Origin: an uncultured virus (IMG/VR IMGVR_UViG_3300030333_001711)
Taxonomy: Duplodnaviria > Heunggongvirae > Uroviricota > Caudoviricetes
IMG/VR virus record: IMGVR_UViG_3300030333_001711
Reading direction: 5' to 3' (one strand)
Length of the DNA stretch: 64,000 bases
Each line of letters begins with the position of its first letter. Position 1 is the first letter of the stretch. The notes under the pieces are model-generated. The model worked only from the letters and a program-made list of their open reading frames with translations, had not been told where the DNA came from and searched no databases. A program made the position numbers and the translations under genes. Below, in pieces: positions 50,172 to 60,124 of this stretch.

Positions 50172-52007
50172 ATGGACCTTAAAACAGCGACAAAACTATT
50201 GAAGTATAGTCCTTCAGACGTACAACGTGTCAGATATGTCGTAGAGTATGCTAATCATAACACCGATAACCCTAGTGAGTATATCGATGTGCATACACAC
50301 AGCACTGCACAAAAAGAAATAGCACAGATTTTTGTAGAGACAGCAAACGCAGCGACACTTAATATGAAACCAAGTGATGCTTCTCCAAAGATTGATACTG
50401 TTAAGGAAAAGGAGACTACTGTAGATCCACAGTGCGAGAATCAGAAAACTATAAAAGCAAAACCATCAGAAGCATCTGCTAAGACAGAAGAGGTAGAGCA
50501 TATAGAGGAGAAGAAAGGTCTTTATGCTAACATCCACGCTAAGAGAGCAAGAGGTGAATCACCTGCAAAACCTGGTGATGAAGACTATCCTGCAAAAGAT
50601 GCTTTCAAGAAAGCAGCAAAGACTGCTAAAGAAGAGGTTGAGCATCTTGATGAGTTGAGTAACAAAACTCTAGGTGGTTACGTTGCTAAAGCATCGAAAG
50701 AAGTTGAAGGACATATGAAATACAAAGGCGATAACCCTGATGTTAAAAAAATAAAAGATAAACAAATTAAAAAGAGAGTAGGTGGTATGGCAAAAGCAGG
50801 TGCTAAGATGGCAGAAGCATACGCTGCTGTATATGAAAAGTATGACAATAGATACTCTGATAACACAGGTGAAGAGTCAGCAAAAAAGAAAGCAGCACTT
50901 GAAAAGAAAAGAGGAATGAAGTTAGACAATCATCCTCAGTTTAAGAGAGAAGAGGTGGAGCATATTGAAGAGAAGGATACATCAGTAATGAAAAAGTATC
51001 TTGATGATAAAGCAAAGAAGTTAACAAAACAAAGAGACGCACAACCTGATCGTTATAAAAACAATCCTGCTTTTGATAGTACTTCACCTAATCCAAAGTA
51101 CGAGGGAGTATTGCATAGGGTAAAAGAAGCAGTTGGTAATTATAATGAAGAACTCAAGATGACTAAGAAGGAATATGATAAGATTCATAAAGACTTCAAG
51201 TCAGATGATCCTAAGAATCCTAGAACTACAAAGTACGTTCCAGGAAAAGGAACTGTATCAATGCCTGTTAAGTTTGTAGAGCATCATCAAAAGGATAAAG
51301 ATGGTAAGGTAATCGAACACGAAGATACCACACCAGTATCTGTAGAGGAAGGTCTAAAGCAAGCACGTAAGAACGTGGGAGCATCTAAGTGTTGGGATGG
51401 AAAGAAGATTGGCAGTCCTCCAACTAAAATGAAAGGTGGAAAAGAAGTTCCTAATTGTGTTCCAGAAGAAATAATTAAGTCAACTAAATTTGTTATTTCT
51501 GAAACTCCAAAGGGAGATATGGGAAAAGACAGAGCGACTAAAGTAAAAGATAGAATAGCACGTAATTATGGTGGATCAGGAACTTACGGTGCAAAGTATA
51601 ATGCTGATGCTCGTAAACATAACCACGAGGCAGAAAGAGGTGTCAAGAAGAAGAAAGGTCACGTTATGAATAGACCCAATTCGTATCATCCCTATAATGA
51701 TAGAAGACAAGGTGGATCTCATTGGTACAATCAAGGTCAAGGTTTAGCGGGTACAAAGAAACACGGTAAGTCTGACTACGATGAACCTTCAAGAAAGAAG
51801 GTCAAAAAAGAAAATTATTCTTGGAGAGAAAGAATGAATTTTGAAGAAGGGATGGCAACTCCTGAGTCAGGGACTGGTAAGTATTACAATGAGAAGAAAC
51901 CAACCGCTATGCAGTTGGCGAAGAGAGAGAAGATGAAGAAGGTCAAGGCATTGACCAACCAAGGAAAGCACAAAGAAGCAAATGATCTCTATAACCAGAA
52001 AGATTAA
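50172..52007 (+). CDS. Large modular protein with repeated EEVEH(I/L)(E/D)E linkers, candidate internal head (poly)protein
   Basis: Three EEVEH repeats and many V/I-x-E linkers between basic modules; CTAAATA upstream. Confidence 0.6.
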   Translation: MDLKTATKLLKYSPSDVQRVRYVVEYANHNTDNPSEYIDVHTHSTAQKEIAQIFVETANAATLNMKPSDASPKIDTVKEKETTVDPQCENQKTIKAKPSEASAKTEEVEHIEEKKGLYANIHAKRARGESPAKPGDEDYPAKDAFKKAAKTAKEEVEHLDELSNKTLGGYVAKASKEVEGHMKYKGDNPDVKKIKDKQIKKRVGGMAKAGAKMAEAYAAVYEKYDNRYSDNTGEESAKKKAALEKKRGMKLDNHPQFKREEVEHIEEKDTSVMKKYLDDKAKKLTKQRDAQPDRYKNNPAFDSTSPNPKYEGVLHRVKEAVGNYNEELKMTKKEYDKIHKDFKSDDPKNPRTTKYVPGKGTVSMPVKFVEHHQKDKDGKVIEHEDTTPVSVEEGLKQARKNVGASKCWDGKKIGSPPTKMKGGKEVPNCVPEEIIKSTKFVISETPKGDMGKDRATKVKDRIARNYGGSGTYGAKYNADARKHNHEAERGVKKKKGHVMNRPNSYHPYNDRRQGGSHWYNQGQGLAGTKKHGKSDYDEPSRKKVKKENYSWRERMNFEEGMATPESGTGKYYNEKKPTAMQLAKREKMKKVKALTNQGKHKEANDLYNQKD

Positions 52008-52015
52008 TAAATAAA

Positions 52016-52471
52016 ATGGAACTCTCTGAAAAAAAATCTAAGATTTTAGTAAACCCAAAGAAATCTGATCTAATGAAAGAATCTATTCGCGAAATGCTTC
52101 GTCTTGAAGTACAAAACTTACAAGAGAAAGCAAAGAAAAAACTTGATCCTGTAGGAACAGAGGACAAGGACATCGACAACGACGGTGATCACGACAAAGA
52201 TGATAAGTATCTTCTTAACAGAAGAAAGACTATATCAAAAGCAATGGGTAAGAAGACTCATATCTGTGCAAAGATGGCAGAGCACGCTGAGTATGGTCTT
52301 GTAACTACTATCCCAGAGCATCACACTCTAGTTGAGATGGAAGAACCAGATGATCAGGGTAACACTCACTACGTATCACACTATGACATCGTAGACAAGG
52401 GTGGAAGAATCTATGAGAACGTAGCAGTAGAAGATTTAGAAGTATTAGTATCTGAAGCACATAATCATTGA
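52016..52471 (+). CDS. Hypothetical protein with DxDxDG (EF-hand-like) loop
   Basis: LDPVGTEDKDIDNDGDHDKDDKYL. Confidence 0.6.
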   Translation: MELSEKKSKILVNPKKSDLMKESIREMLRLEVQNLQEKAKKKLDPVGTEDKDIDNDGDHDKDDKYLLNRRKTISKAMGKKTHICAKMAEHAEYGLVTTIPEHHTLVEMEEPDDQGNTHYVSHYDIVDKGGRIYENVAVEDLEVLVSEAHNH

Positions 52472-52507
52472 TGTATATATAGGGTAGGTACCTTATTCTT
52501 TATTAAA

Positions 52508-52714
52508 ATGATTGGTTCAGTTTCAAGTTTTCTCTTACCTTTTGCAAAGAGTATTATAGAGAAAGCAATCGCTAAAATCCCTGATGATGCAGAACTCGGT
52601 GATAAACTCATCGACATCTGTTTAGTCATCATAGGTAAAGCAGTCAAAATGACTAAAACAGAAGCAGATGATAAGTTGTTTGAGCAAGTCTCAGCAGCAA
52701 TCAAAGCAAGATAA
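52508..52714 (+). CDS. Hypothetical protein, 68 aa
   Basis: ORF track; followed by terminator. Confidence 0.6.
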   Translation: MIGSVSSFLLPFAKSIIEKAIAKIPDDAELGDKLIDICLVIIGKAVKMTKTEADDKLFEQVSAAIKAR

Positions 52715-52717
52715 ACG

Positions 52718-52741
52718 AAGGAGGGTACACCCCTCCTTTTT
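52718..52741 (+). terminator. Rho-independent terminator
   Basis: AAGGAGGG-TACAC-CCCTCCTT followed by T run; TATAAATA late promoter immediately after (52744-52751). Confidence 0.8.
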
Positions 52742-52787
52742 ATTATAAATAAATAATAGGAAACACAATGTTCTTGGAGAATAACTA

Positions 52788-53576
52788 ATGGCGATCTATG
52801 GTAAGATTGACGCTGCTGCATTTACACAGAACATTAGCGTCACTAATGGCGACGCTACTGTAACAAAAAATGCTGCTGATAGCGTAGTCCCAGGTGACGT
52901 ACTAGAAATTTCTAGCGTTGCATATATTGTTAAACAGGTAACTAGCACTACTGCTATAGAGTTACACAAAGCATATGCAGGATCAACTGCAACAGTTACT
53001 GCATCAAGCGTAATTAAAAGAACTCCACCAAAAGCGGTTGCAGAGTATGTAATCAAAGGTGGAGATAGTATCACTGACTATCAATTAGTATTTGTAGATA
53101 CAACAGAAGATGGAATTGCATCTAACAAGTCTCGTGGTATAGACGGACCAGGATGGTGGTTGTATAGAACATACAATACAGCACAAGGAACCACACGTCA
53201 TAAGGCAGAGAAACTTGCTGCACTAAGAGTAGCAGTAGGAACATCAGGTGATATGGCAGACGAGACAGTAGTAGCAGACGTACTTGAAACTATTACTATC
53301 GGTACACAACCTTCTAACCAGACCTCATCTAGTGGTGCTGCAACATTCACAGTTGCTGCAACTGTTGATCAGTCAGGTACAATCACATATCAGTGGCAGA
53401 AGAGAACTGCTAGTGGTACTAGATTTGCTGACGTAAGTGGTGCTACAAGTGCATCTCTTGTATTGTCTGGACAACTTGCTGCTAATGATGGTGACTCATA
53501 CAGAGTTAAACTTAACAGTAGCAAAGGTGCTAAAGAGGTAGTAAGTTCTATCGCAACTCTATCATTTGGTAGTTAA
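52788..53576 (+). CDS. Virion structural protein with C-terminal Ig-like domain
   Basis: ITIGTQP..ATFTVAA..ITYQWQ..YRV Ig-like pattern; late promoter. Confidence 0.7.
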   Translation: MAIYGKIDAAAFTQNISVTNGDATVTKNAADSVVPGDVLEISSVAYIVKQVTSTTAIELHKAYAGSTATVTASSVIKRTPPKAVAEYVIKGGDSITDYQLVFVDTTEDGIASNKSRGIDGPGWWLYRTYNTAQGTTRHKAEKLAALRVAVGTSGDMADETVVADVLETITIGTQPSNQTSSSGAATFTVAATVDQSGTITYQWQKRTASGTRFADVSGATSASLVLSGQLAANDGDSYRVKLNSSKGAKEVVSSIATLSFGS

Positions 53577-53593
53577 TTAAATTATAATTCGTT

Positions 53594-53968
53594 ATGAATT
53601 TTTCAGTGTTAACGAACGACAACTATATGTTGTTCGCTATGAAGCATTATGACAATCCCCAGTCTGTAACTTACGATGACTTTCAAGAAGATATGATGAG
53701 GTTTAAGTATCTCAAACGTCTTTTTGGTAGGTATGTTAAGTCTGGGGTATTGCGTAATCATTTGATCTTAAACCATTTGATTGTATTGTTCAATGTATTT
53801 GGTGAAGCAGCGATACCCTTATTGGTTTTTAAAATCGAGATGGAGTATTGGTCTATTATGAAATCCTATCTATTATATTTGAATAGATTAGATCCCGAAG
53901 GTGGCAATGGTATTCTCGATGAGATAGTCATTGACGCTGAAGTTACGTCACAGTTGAGTAAACTCTAA
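53594..53968 (+). CDS. Conserved T4-like hypothetical protein
   Basis: FAMKHYDNP, FKYLKRLF, HLILNHLIVLFNVFG. Confidence 0.7.
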   Translation: MNFSVLTNDNYMLFAMKHYDNPQSVTYDDFQEDMMRFKYLKRLFGRYVKSGVLRNHLILNHLIVLFNVFGEAAIPLLVFKIEMEYWSIMKSYLLYLNRLDPEGGNGILDEIVIDAEVTSQLSKL

Positions 53969-54675
53969 TGCCCGCAGTATCAGTAGCACAACGTAGATTT
54001 ATGGGGATGGTCAGAGCAGTCCAGAAGGGCGAGATGTCTGCACCATCGAAAGAGATTGCGTCTGCTGCTAAAGGTATGAAAAAGACTGATGTAAAGAAGT
54101 TCGCCTCTACTAAAGAGAAAGAACTACCTATGGTGAAAGAATATATGATTGGGTATGGTGCTGTTGTATCGTCAGCAAGACCTGGATCTACCAGTCATAG
54201 TGATGCGAAAGGAAAGTATGTTGCTAAGACAGCGAAGAAAAAGAAAACTGTCAAAGAAGAAGGTGCTCCTACTATGAGCACAGGTTCTACTGCACAAGCA
54301 GCGGGATTCTCTGGTGACTCTGATCCTAATGGTCCTACAGCAGGACTAGATGAACCTTTAGGTGGTGTTGGTAGACCAGTTAAAGGTAGAAGGTTTAAAT
54401 GTAAAACCAAAAAGAATGGAACCATCAAGTGTGGTCCTTCTACTACTAAAGAAAGTTATACTAGAAATGAGGGGAGATACTTTCCTTTCAAAGTAGAGTT
54501 CACTGAGTTTGAAGGAGAGACAGACTTTGTATTCTATGGTCGTAGTGTCTCTGATGTAAAAATACGTTTGAGGTCTATATACAGACCAGAAAAATTTGAC
54601 AAGATAAAAATCACCCGTCTAACACCTTCTACTGTGTTAAAATATTACTGGGATAAGCGTCAAGGAGCAATGTAG
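53968..54675 (+). CDS. Modular hypothetical protein with KE(E/S) linkers
   Basis: MPAVSVAQRRFMGMV..KKFASTK module, then VKEE and KES linkers. Confidence 0.6.
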   Translation: MPAVSVAQRRFMGMVRAVQKGEMSAPSKEIASAAKGMKKTDVKKFASTKEKELPMVKEYMIGYGAVVSSARPGSTSHSDAKGKYVAKTAKKKKTVKEEGAPTMSTGSTAQAAGFSGDSDPNGPTAGLDEPLGGVGRPVKGRRFKCKTKKNGTIKCGPSTTKESYTRNEGRYFPFKVEFTEFEGETDFVFYGRSVSDVKIRLRSIYRPEKFDKIKITRLTPSTVLKYYWDKRQGAM

Positions 54676-55055
54676 TGTCTGATATTAATTCAGCGATAAT
54701 AGAAAGACTAGAAAAAGTTGTAGATACCCTTCAAGAGAACTCTGTAAAGATGGGTCAACTGCTTGCGGTTCATAATGAGAAGTTAGATAAGCAAGATAAG
54801 ATTGATCAAGTTCTATTCGAGAAGGTAGATAGACTACACGCTGATGTAACCAGAGAAACAAATGCTATTAAGAAAGGATGTGAGAGAGATATAAGAAAAG
54901 TAGATGATAGACTCAGGTTGATGGAGAAAAAGATGTGGAGTATCTTTGGTGCTCTTAGTATTATCTCTTTCCTTGTAAGTCCAGTTGGACAGAAAGTGAT
55001 ACAACCTATGTTGACATCACAAACAAATACGAGTATGATAGAAATCGTTCCATAA
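54675..55055 (+). CDS. Coiled-coil protein with C-terminal TM
   Basis: LLAVHNEKL, heptads, WSIFGALSIISFLV. Confidence 0.6.
   Translation: MSDINSAIIERLEKVVDTLQENSVKMGQLLAVHNEKLDKQDKIDQVLFEKVDRLHADVTRETNAIKKGCERDIRKVDDRLRLMEKKMWSIFGALSIISFLVSPVGQKVIQPMLTSQTNTSMIEIVP
55011..55039 (+). promoter_or_regulatory. Sigma70-type promoter for primase/nrdAB
   Basis: TTGACA-N17-TATGAT. Confidence 0.7.
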
Positions 55056-55067
55056 GAAACTTTTATA

Positions 55068-56066
55068 ATGAGTTATGTTGATGTCAAGTACGCACGTCTT
55101 GTAGGCAGTCGTCTTGATCTCTTCAAGGAAAAGAAGACAAACCTATACAATTTTAGATGCCCTTATTGCGGAGACTCACAGAAACATAAGTCTAAAGCAA
55201 GAGGGTATTTTTTCGTCAAGGGTTCTGATTTTATATTCAAGTGTCACAACTGTGGTGTTGGTAGAACACTAGGAAATTTCTTGAAGGATAATGCTAGAGA
55301 CTTATACGATCAGTTTGTCTTAGAAAGATATAAGATGGGATTGACAGGTAAAAGTACAAGAGTTGCTGAACCAAAGTTTACAAGTCTTCAAACCAAACCA
55401 ATCTTTAATACAGGTACTAAGATTCCAAAAATCTCAGACCTAAATAAAGAACACCCTGCAAGATCCTACCTTGAATCGAGAAACATTAATGGAGATAAAC
55501 TTGATAGAATTTTCTATGCAGAACGTTTCAAAGAGTTTGTTAATAAACACAAACATACCTTTGACAATCTGCAAAACGATAGTCCAAGGATTATAATACC
55601 ACTCATAGACCAAAGTGGAAAATGGTTTGGAATACAAGGGAGAGCAATCTCATCCAATCCAAAACTAAGATACATTACTATTATTTTCGATGAAACAAAA
55701 CAAAAAGTCTTTGGTCTCGACACAATCGATAGCAACAAGACAGTCTACATCGTGGAAGGACCGTTTGATTCCCTCTTCTTGGAAAACTGTGTTGCTATGT
55801 GCGGGTCCGATCTTGATCCTAGGACGTGTGGTTGGAGCGATAGTGTTTTTGTTTTTGATAACGAACCACGCAACAAACAAATCACCGACCGAATTGCAAA
55901 AGCAATATCAGGAGGTTACAAAGTCGTCATCTGGAATAACTCCATAGAGGAAAAAGATGTCAACGATATGATTCTGTCTGGACATAATGTTCAAAGTATA
56001 GTAGAATCAAACACCTACTCAGGGTTAACAGCACAAGTTAAATTTCAAAACTGGAAAAAAGTATGA
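55068..56066 (+). CDS. gp61: DNA primase
   Basis: RCPYCGDS, KCHNCG zinc finger, VEGPFDSLF, DNEPRN, KDVND TOPRIM. Confidence 0.95.
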   Translation: MSYVDVKYARLVGSRLDLFKEKKTNLYNFRCPYCGDSQKHKSKARGYFFVKGSDFIFKCHNCGVGRTLGNFLKDNARDLYDQFVLERYKMGLTGKSTRVAEPKFTSLQTKPIFNTGTKIPKISDLNKEHPARSYLESRNINGDKLDRIFYAERFKEFVNKHKHTFDNLQNDSPRIIIPLIDQSGKWFGIQGRAISSNPKLRYITIIFDETKQKVFGLDTIDSNKTVYIVEGPFDSLFLENCVAMCGSDLDPRTCGWSDSVFVFDNEPRNKQITDRIAKAISGGYKVVIWNNSIEEKDVNDMILSGHNVQSIVESNTYSGLTAQVKFQNWKKV

Positions 56067-58390
56067 ACGTAATTAAAAGGGATGGCACTGCCGAACCTCT
56101 CAACCTAGACAAGATACATCAAATGGTTGAGTTTGCCTGTGAAGACATAACAGGTGTATCATCATCACAAGTAGAAATGAATAGTGGTCTACAATTCTTT
56201 GATGGTATTGAATCAGAACAGATTCAAAATATTCTTATTAAATCTGCGAGTGATTTGATTAGTTTAGATTCACCTAACTATCAGTTCGTAGCAGCAAGAT
56301 TACTATTGTTTAGTGTTCGTAAACAAGTATTTGCTGATTGGAATAATACTGGGTATCCTAAACTCAAAAGTCACGTTGAGACTTGTGCAGAAGCAGGAGT
56401 ATATGATGGTGGAATCCTAAAGAAATATGACGATGAAGAGTGGGAAGAACTAAATTCTTATATAGATCACCAACGTTGCTATGGATTTACATATGCAGGG
56501 TTGAGACAGATCGTAGATAAGTATCTTGTACAAGACCGTAGCACTGGTAGAGTATATGAGACTCCTCAGTATATGTACATAATGGTTGCTGCAACCTTGT
56601 TCCAAGATTACCCTAAAGATAAAAGACTCGATTATGTCAAACGCTACTACACAGCAACCTCCAAAGGGAAAATCAACGTCCCAACTCCAGTTCTCGCAGG
56701 TGTTAGAACACCTCTTCGGCAGTTTGCGTCTTGCGTTTTGGTTGATGTTGACGACACCTTGGATAGTATTTTTACTTCTGATATGGCCATTGGTCGTTAT
56801 GTTGCACAAAGGGCAGGGATTGGTATCAACGCAGGTCGCATCCGTGGGATCAACAGTAAAATCCGTGGTGGAGAAGTCCAACACACAGGTGTTGTACCGT
56901 TCCTCAAAAAGTTTGAAAGCACTGTCAGATGTTGCACTCAGAATGGCATTAGAGGTGGATCAGCGACTGTCCACTTCCCCATCTGGCACCAAGAAATAGA
57001 AGATATTATTGTTCTAAAGAACAACAAAGGCACAGAGGATAACCGTGTCAGAAAATTAGACTATAGTATTCAGTTCAGTGAGTTATTCTATAGAAGGTTT
57101 ATCGAAAATGGAGAAATCACACTCTTCTCACCACACGATGTACCAGGATTATATGATGCTTTTGGAACTCCTGAGTTTGATGCACTGTATGCTCAGTATG
57201 AGTTGGATGAATCAATACCTAAGAAAAAGATAGGTGCACAAGATCTTATCCTAAACTTCTTGAAGGAAAGAGCAGAGACTGGTCGTCTATACATTATGAA
57301 TATAGACCACTGTAATAGTCATAGTTCATTCAAAGACAAGGTTAATATGAGTAACCTATGTCAGGAGATAACTCTACCTACCGATCCTTTAGATCATATA
57401 GATGAAGATGGTGGTGAGATTGCATTGTGTATTTTATCTGCTATTAACGTAGGTAAACTCCGTAGTCTTAATGAGTTAGAAGAACTATGTGATCTTGCAG
57501 TTCGTGGACTAGAAGAACTAATTGATTACCAACGCTATCCTGTTGCAGCAGCACGACGTAGCACCCTTGCAAGACGCTCCTTGGGCATCGGATTCATCGG
57601 TCTAGCACATTACCTAGCAAAGAATGGATTTAAGTATAACGATCAAGGTGCATATGATATAGTACATAACCTTACTGAAGCATTCCAATACAATCTTCTT
57701 AAAGCATCAAACGAGATAGCAAAAGAGAAGGGTGCTTGTGATGGTTTCTCTCACACAAAATACTCTGATGGAATCTTACCAATAGATACATATAAGAGTG
57801 AGGTAGATCAGATAACAAAAGAGGAATACAAGTATGATTGGGAATCTCTTAGGGCATCTATCTTGGAGCACGGTCTCAGGCACTCAACACTGTCCGCACA
57901 AATGCCTTCAGAGAGCAGTTCCGTTGTGTCAAATGCAACCAATGGAATCGAACCACCTAGAGACTACTTGTCCGTTAAGAAGTCAAAAAAAGGACCTCTT
58001 AAGCAGATTGTTCCAGGGTTTCCCCATCTGAAAAACAAATACACATTACTTTGGGATATGCCATCTAACGAAGGATATATCAAAGTCACATCAGTTATGC
58101 AAAAGTTTTTTGATCAGGCAATTAGTGGTAACTGGAGTTATAATCCAGAGAACTATGATAACGATGAAGTGCCTGTCTCTGTTATGGCACAGGATCTTCT
58201 TACCACATACAAATATGGTTGGAAAACTTCTTACTATCAGAATACATATGATGCTAAGAAAGAAATTGAAGAACCTGCACATCCAATGGGATGGAGGGAT
58301 GATATACCTATGGATGAAACCAATCAAAGATTAAATCAACTCATACAAGAATTAGAACAGGAGGAAGACTGTGACAGTTGCAAAGTTTAA
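56063..58390 (+). CDS. nrdA: Ribonucleotide reductase class Ia alpha subunit
   Basis: ATP cone VIKRDG, QFASCVL, SNLCQEI, MPSESSS, C-terminal CDSC. Confidence 0.97.
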   Translation: MNVIKRDGTAEPLNLDKIHQMVEFACEDITGVSSSQVEMNSGLQFFDGIESEQIQNILIKSASDLISLDSPNYQFVAARLLLFSVRKQVFADWNNTGYPKLKSHVETCAEAGVYDGGILKKYDDEEWEELNSYIDHQRCYGFTYAGLRQIVDKYLVQDRSTGRVYETPQYMYIMVAATLFQDYPKDKRLDYVKRYYTATSKGKINVPTPVLAGVRTPLRQFASCVLVDVDDTLDSIFTSDMAIGRYVAQRAGIGINAGRIRGINSKIRGGEVQHTGVVPFLKKFESTVRCCTQNGIRGGSATVHFPIWHQEIEDIIVLKNNKGTEDNRVRKLDYSIQFSELFYRRFIENGEITLFSPHDVPGLYDAFGTPEFDALYAQYELDESIPKKKIGAQDLILNFLKERAETGRLYIMNIDHCNSHSSFKDKVNMSNLCQEITLPTDPLDHIDEDGGEIALCILSAINVGKLRSLNELEELCDLAVRGLEELIDYQRYPVAAARRSTLARRSLGIGFIGLAHYLAKNGFKYNDQGAYDIVHNLTEAFQYNLLKASNEIAKEKGACDGFSHTKYSDGILPIDTYKSEVDQITKEEYKYDWESLRASILEHGLRHSTLSAQMPSESSSVVSNATNGIEPPRDYLSVKKSKKGPLKQIVPGFPHLKNKYTLLWDMPSNEGYIKVTSVMQKFFDQAISGNWSYNPENYDNDEVPVSVMAQDLLTTYKYGWKTSYYQNTYDAKKEIEEPAHPMGWRDDIPMDETNQRLNQLIQELEQEEDCDSCKV

Positions 58391-59564
58391 ACTTAACAAC
58401 GACGATCAACAAATGCCAAAGACAAAAATTAAAGGAGTAACGGTATTCAATAAAGAAAAGAACAATACCAATCCTCCTATGTTCTTCGGACCACCTCTAG
58501 GAGTACAAAGATATGATGGTGCTAAGTATCCAGTGTTTGATAAACTAACTAATCAACAACTAGGATACTTCTGGAGACCAGAAGAGGTCTCATTACAAAA
58601 AGATCGAAGTGACTTTGCTACATTAAATGAAACACAGAAACACATCTTCACGTCAAATCTCAGGTATCAGATCCTCCTTGACTCCGTACAAGGTCGTGGT
58701 CCTGGTCTTGCTTTCATCCCTTACTGTTCGATACCTGAGTTAGAATCTGCTATGATTGCGTGGGAATTTTTTGAGATGATACACTCAAAAAGTTACACAC
58801 ATATTATTAAGAATGTATATCCAGACCCATCAGTTGTCTTTGACACTATCTTAGACGATGAAAAGATACTTGCACGTGCTAAGAGTGTTACAGAAGCGTA
58901 TGATGACTTCATAAACGCTGCACAACAGTATGGATCTGGTAATATGTGGGTACACAACCTTGACGGTGTACCTCTCGGTCACTATGAACTCGTTGAATTA
59001 AAACGTAAACTTTATAGGGCAGTAGTAAATGTCAACATTTTGGAAGGAATTCGCTTCTATGTCTCCTTTGCGTGCTCGTTTGCATTTGGAGAACTTAAAC
59101 TTATGGAGGGATCAGCAAAAATTATCTCCCTCATCTCAAGAGACGAAGCACAACATCTTGTCCTTACTCAACAAATCCTCGGAAAGTGGGCACAAGGAGA
59201 CGACCCAGTAATGCTCCAGATAATTAAGGAGGAGAAAGATAGAGTAACTGAGATGTTTGTCAACGCAGTAAACGAAGAGAAAGCGTGGGCAGAATACTTA
59301 TTTAAAGATGGTAGTATGATAGGATTGAACGCTAAACTATTAGGACAGTATGTAGAATGGATTGCTAATCGTAGAATGAAAGCGATAGGAATAGATCCAA
59401 TCTATGATATACCTTTAAGAAACAATCCACTACCTTGGACAGAGCACTGGTTAAACTCCAGAGGACAACAGAATGCACCACAAGAAACTGAAATAGAATC
59501 ATATGTAGTAGGTGCAATCAAACAAGACGTAACCTCTGACACCTTCAAAGGGTTCGAGTTGTAA
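58371..59564 (+). CDS. nrdB: Ribonucleotide reductase class Ia beta subunit
   Basis: FWRPEEVSL, LDSVQGRG, EMIHSKSY, LEGIRFY, RDEAQH, PQETEIESY. Confidence 0.97.
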   Translation: MTVAKFKLNNDDQQMPKTKIKGVTVFNKEKNNTNPPMFFGPPLGVQRYDGAKYPVFDKLTNQQLGYFWRPEEVSLQKDRSDFATLNETQKHIFTSNLRYQILLDSVQGRGPGLAFIPYCSIPELESAMIAWEFFEMIHSKSYTHIIKNVYPDPSVVFDTILDDEKILARAKSVTEAYDDFINAAQQYGSGNMWVHNLDGVPLGHYELVELKRKLYRAVVNVNILEGIRFYVSFACSFAFGELKLMEGSAKIISLISRDEAQHLVLTQQILGKWAQGDDPVMLQIIKEEKDRVTEMFVNAVNEEKAWAEYLFKDGSMIGLNAKLLGQYVEWIANRRMKAIGIDPIYDIPLRNNPLPWTEHWLNSRGQQNAPQETEIESYVVGAIKQDVTSDTFKGFEL

Positions 59565-59592
59565 CAGAACGGGTATTAAAACCTTTTAGTTG

Positions 59593-59600
59593 TATAAATA
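59593..59600 (+). promoter_or_regulatory. T4-type late promoter upstream of the riboswitch locus
   Basis: Exact TATAAATA. Confidence 0.7.
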
Positions 59601-59660
59601 TATGTGAATGGTGACATTTCTCTAAGAATATGTTATCATTATTTACAAACGTTCATCTAA

Positions 59661-59867
59661 ATGATTAGTCTTGCACTATCGGGGTTTCTAATCGCTGAAC
59701 ACAATCCATCTCATTGGGAGATGTCTTGTTCAGAGTGGAACCAGAATAGGGTAGAGATTATGAGCGATCAGAATCTTATACCTGATGCCAAGGAGTATCT
59801 TATAGATTACTTCAGAACAAAGGTATCCGACGATAGATGTGATGTCTTTATCATTGGACGCAAGTAA
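59661..59867 (+). CDS. Small protein nested in riboswitch unit 1 (hydrophobic N-terminus, two Cys)
   Basis: 68-aa ORF; start in 5' P2 strand, stop in GCAAGTAA. Confidence 0.6.
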   Translation: MISLALSGFLIAEHNPSHWEMSCSEWNQNRVEIMSDQNLIPDAKEYLIDYFRTKVSDDRCDVFIIGRK

Positions 59868-59891
59868 GTCGCGGAACGGTACGTTCATCCT

Positions 59892-60080
59892 ATGATTCAT
59901 CTACTTGCTTTACTCATTGCAACTAACGGTTTTACCTGTGCAGAGATTGCTGCAAAGGTAGAGAAAGCAAAGAGTTATCCAGATCTTACACCTCAAGAGA
60001 GGGAAGAACTTATAGAACTCTATACAGTTTATTTGCCAGAGGCGATGGGAGTAGAATGTAATTGGGACGCAAACGACTGA
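59892..60080 (+). CDS. Small protein nested in riboswitch unit 2 (hydrophobic N-terminus, two Cys)
   Basis: 62-aa ORF ending WDAND, encoded by aptamer nucleotides TGGGACGCAAACGACTGA. Confidence 0.6.
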   Translation: MIHLLALLIATNGFTCAEIAAKVEKAKSYPDLTPQEREELIELYTVYLPEAMGVECNWDAND

Positions 60081-60124
60081 AGGAACGGATCTTAAAAACA
60101 TCCAACTACTTTAGGAGTAAACAA

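Larger units (their letters stand above)
59650..60087 (+). ncRNA. Doubled glnA-type (glutamine) riboswitch with ORF-containing P2 loops
   Basis: Two CGTTCATC...GGACGCAA...GGAACG units; AGTAAG/TGAAG E-loop-like elements; followed by a YRG-motif peptide gene. Confidence 0.75.

Noticed and set aside
56586..56999. 137-aa alternate-frame ORF inside nrdA
   Set aside because: Lies in a GC-richer, highly conserved part of nrdA where open alternate frames are expected; no RBS
40080..59564. Introns or inteins in gp43, uvsX, gp41, nrdA, nrdB
   Set aside because: All are continuous and of ordinary length; no splice or intein motifs seen
59650..60087. Repeated CGTTCATC/GGAACG units as a CRISPR or mini-array
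   Set aside because: Only two units, spacers of about 200 nt that encode proteins, and the motifs match a riboswitch; no cas genes
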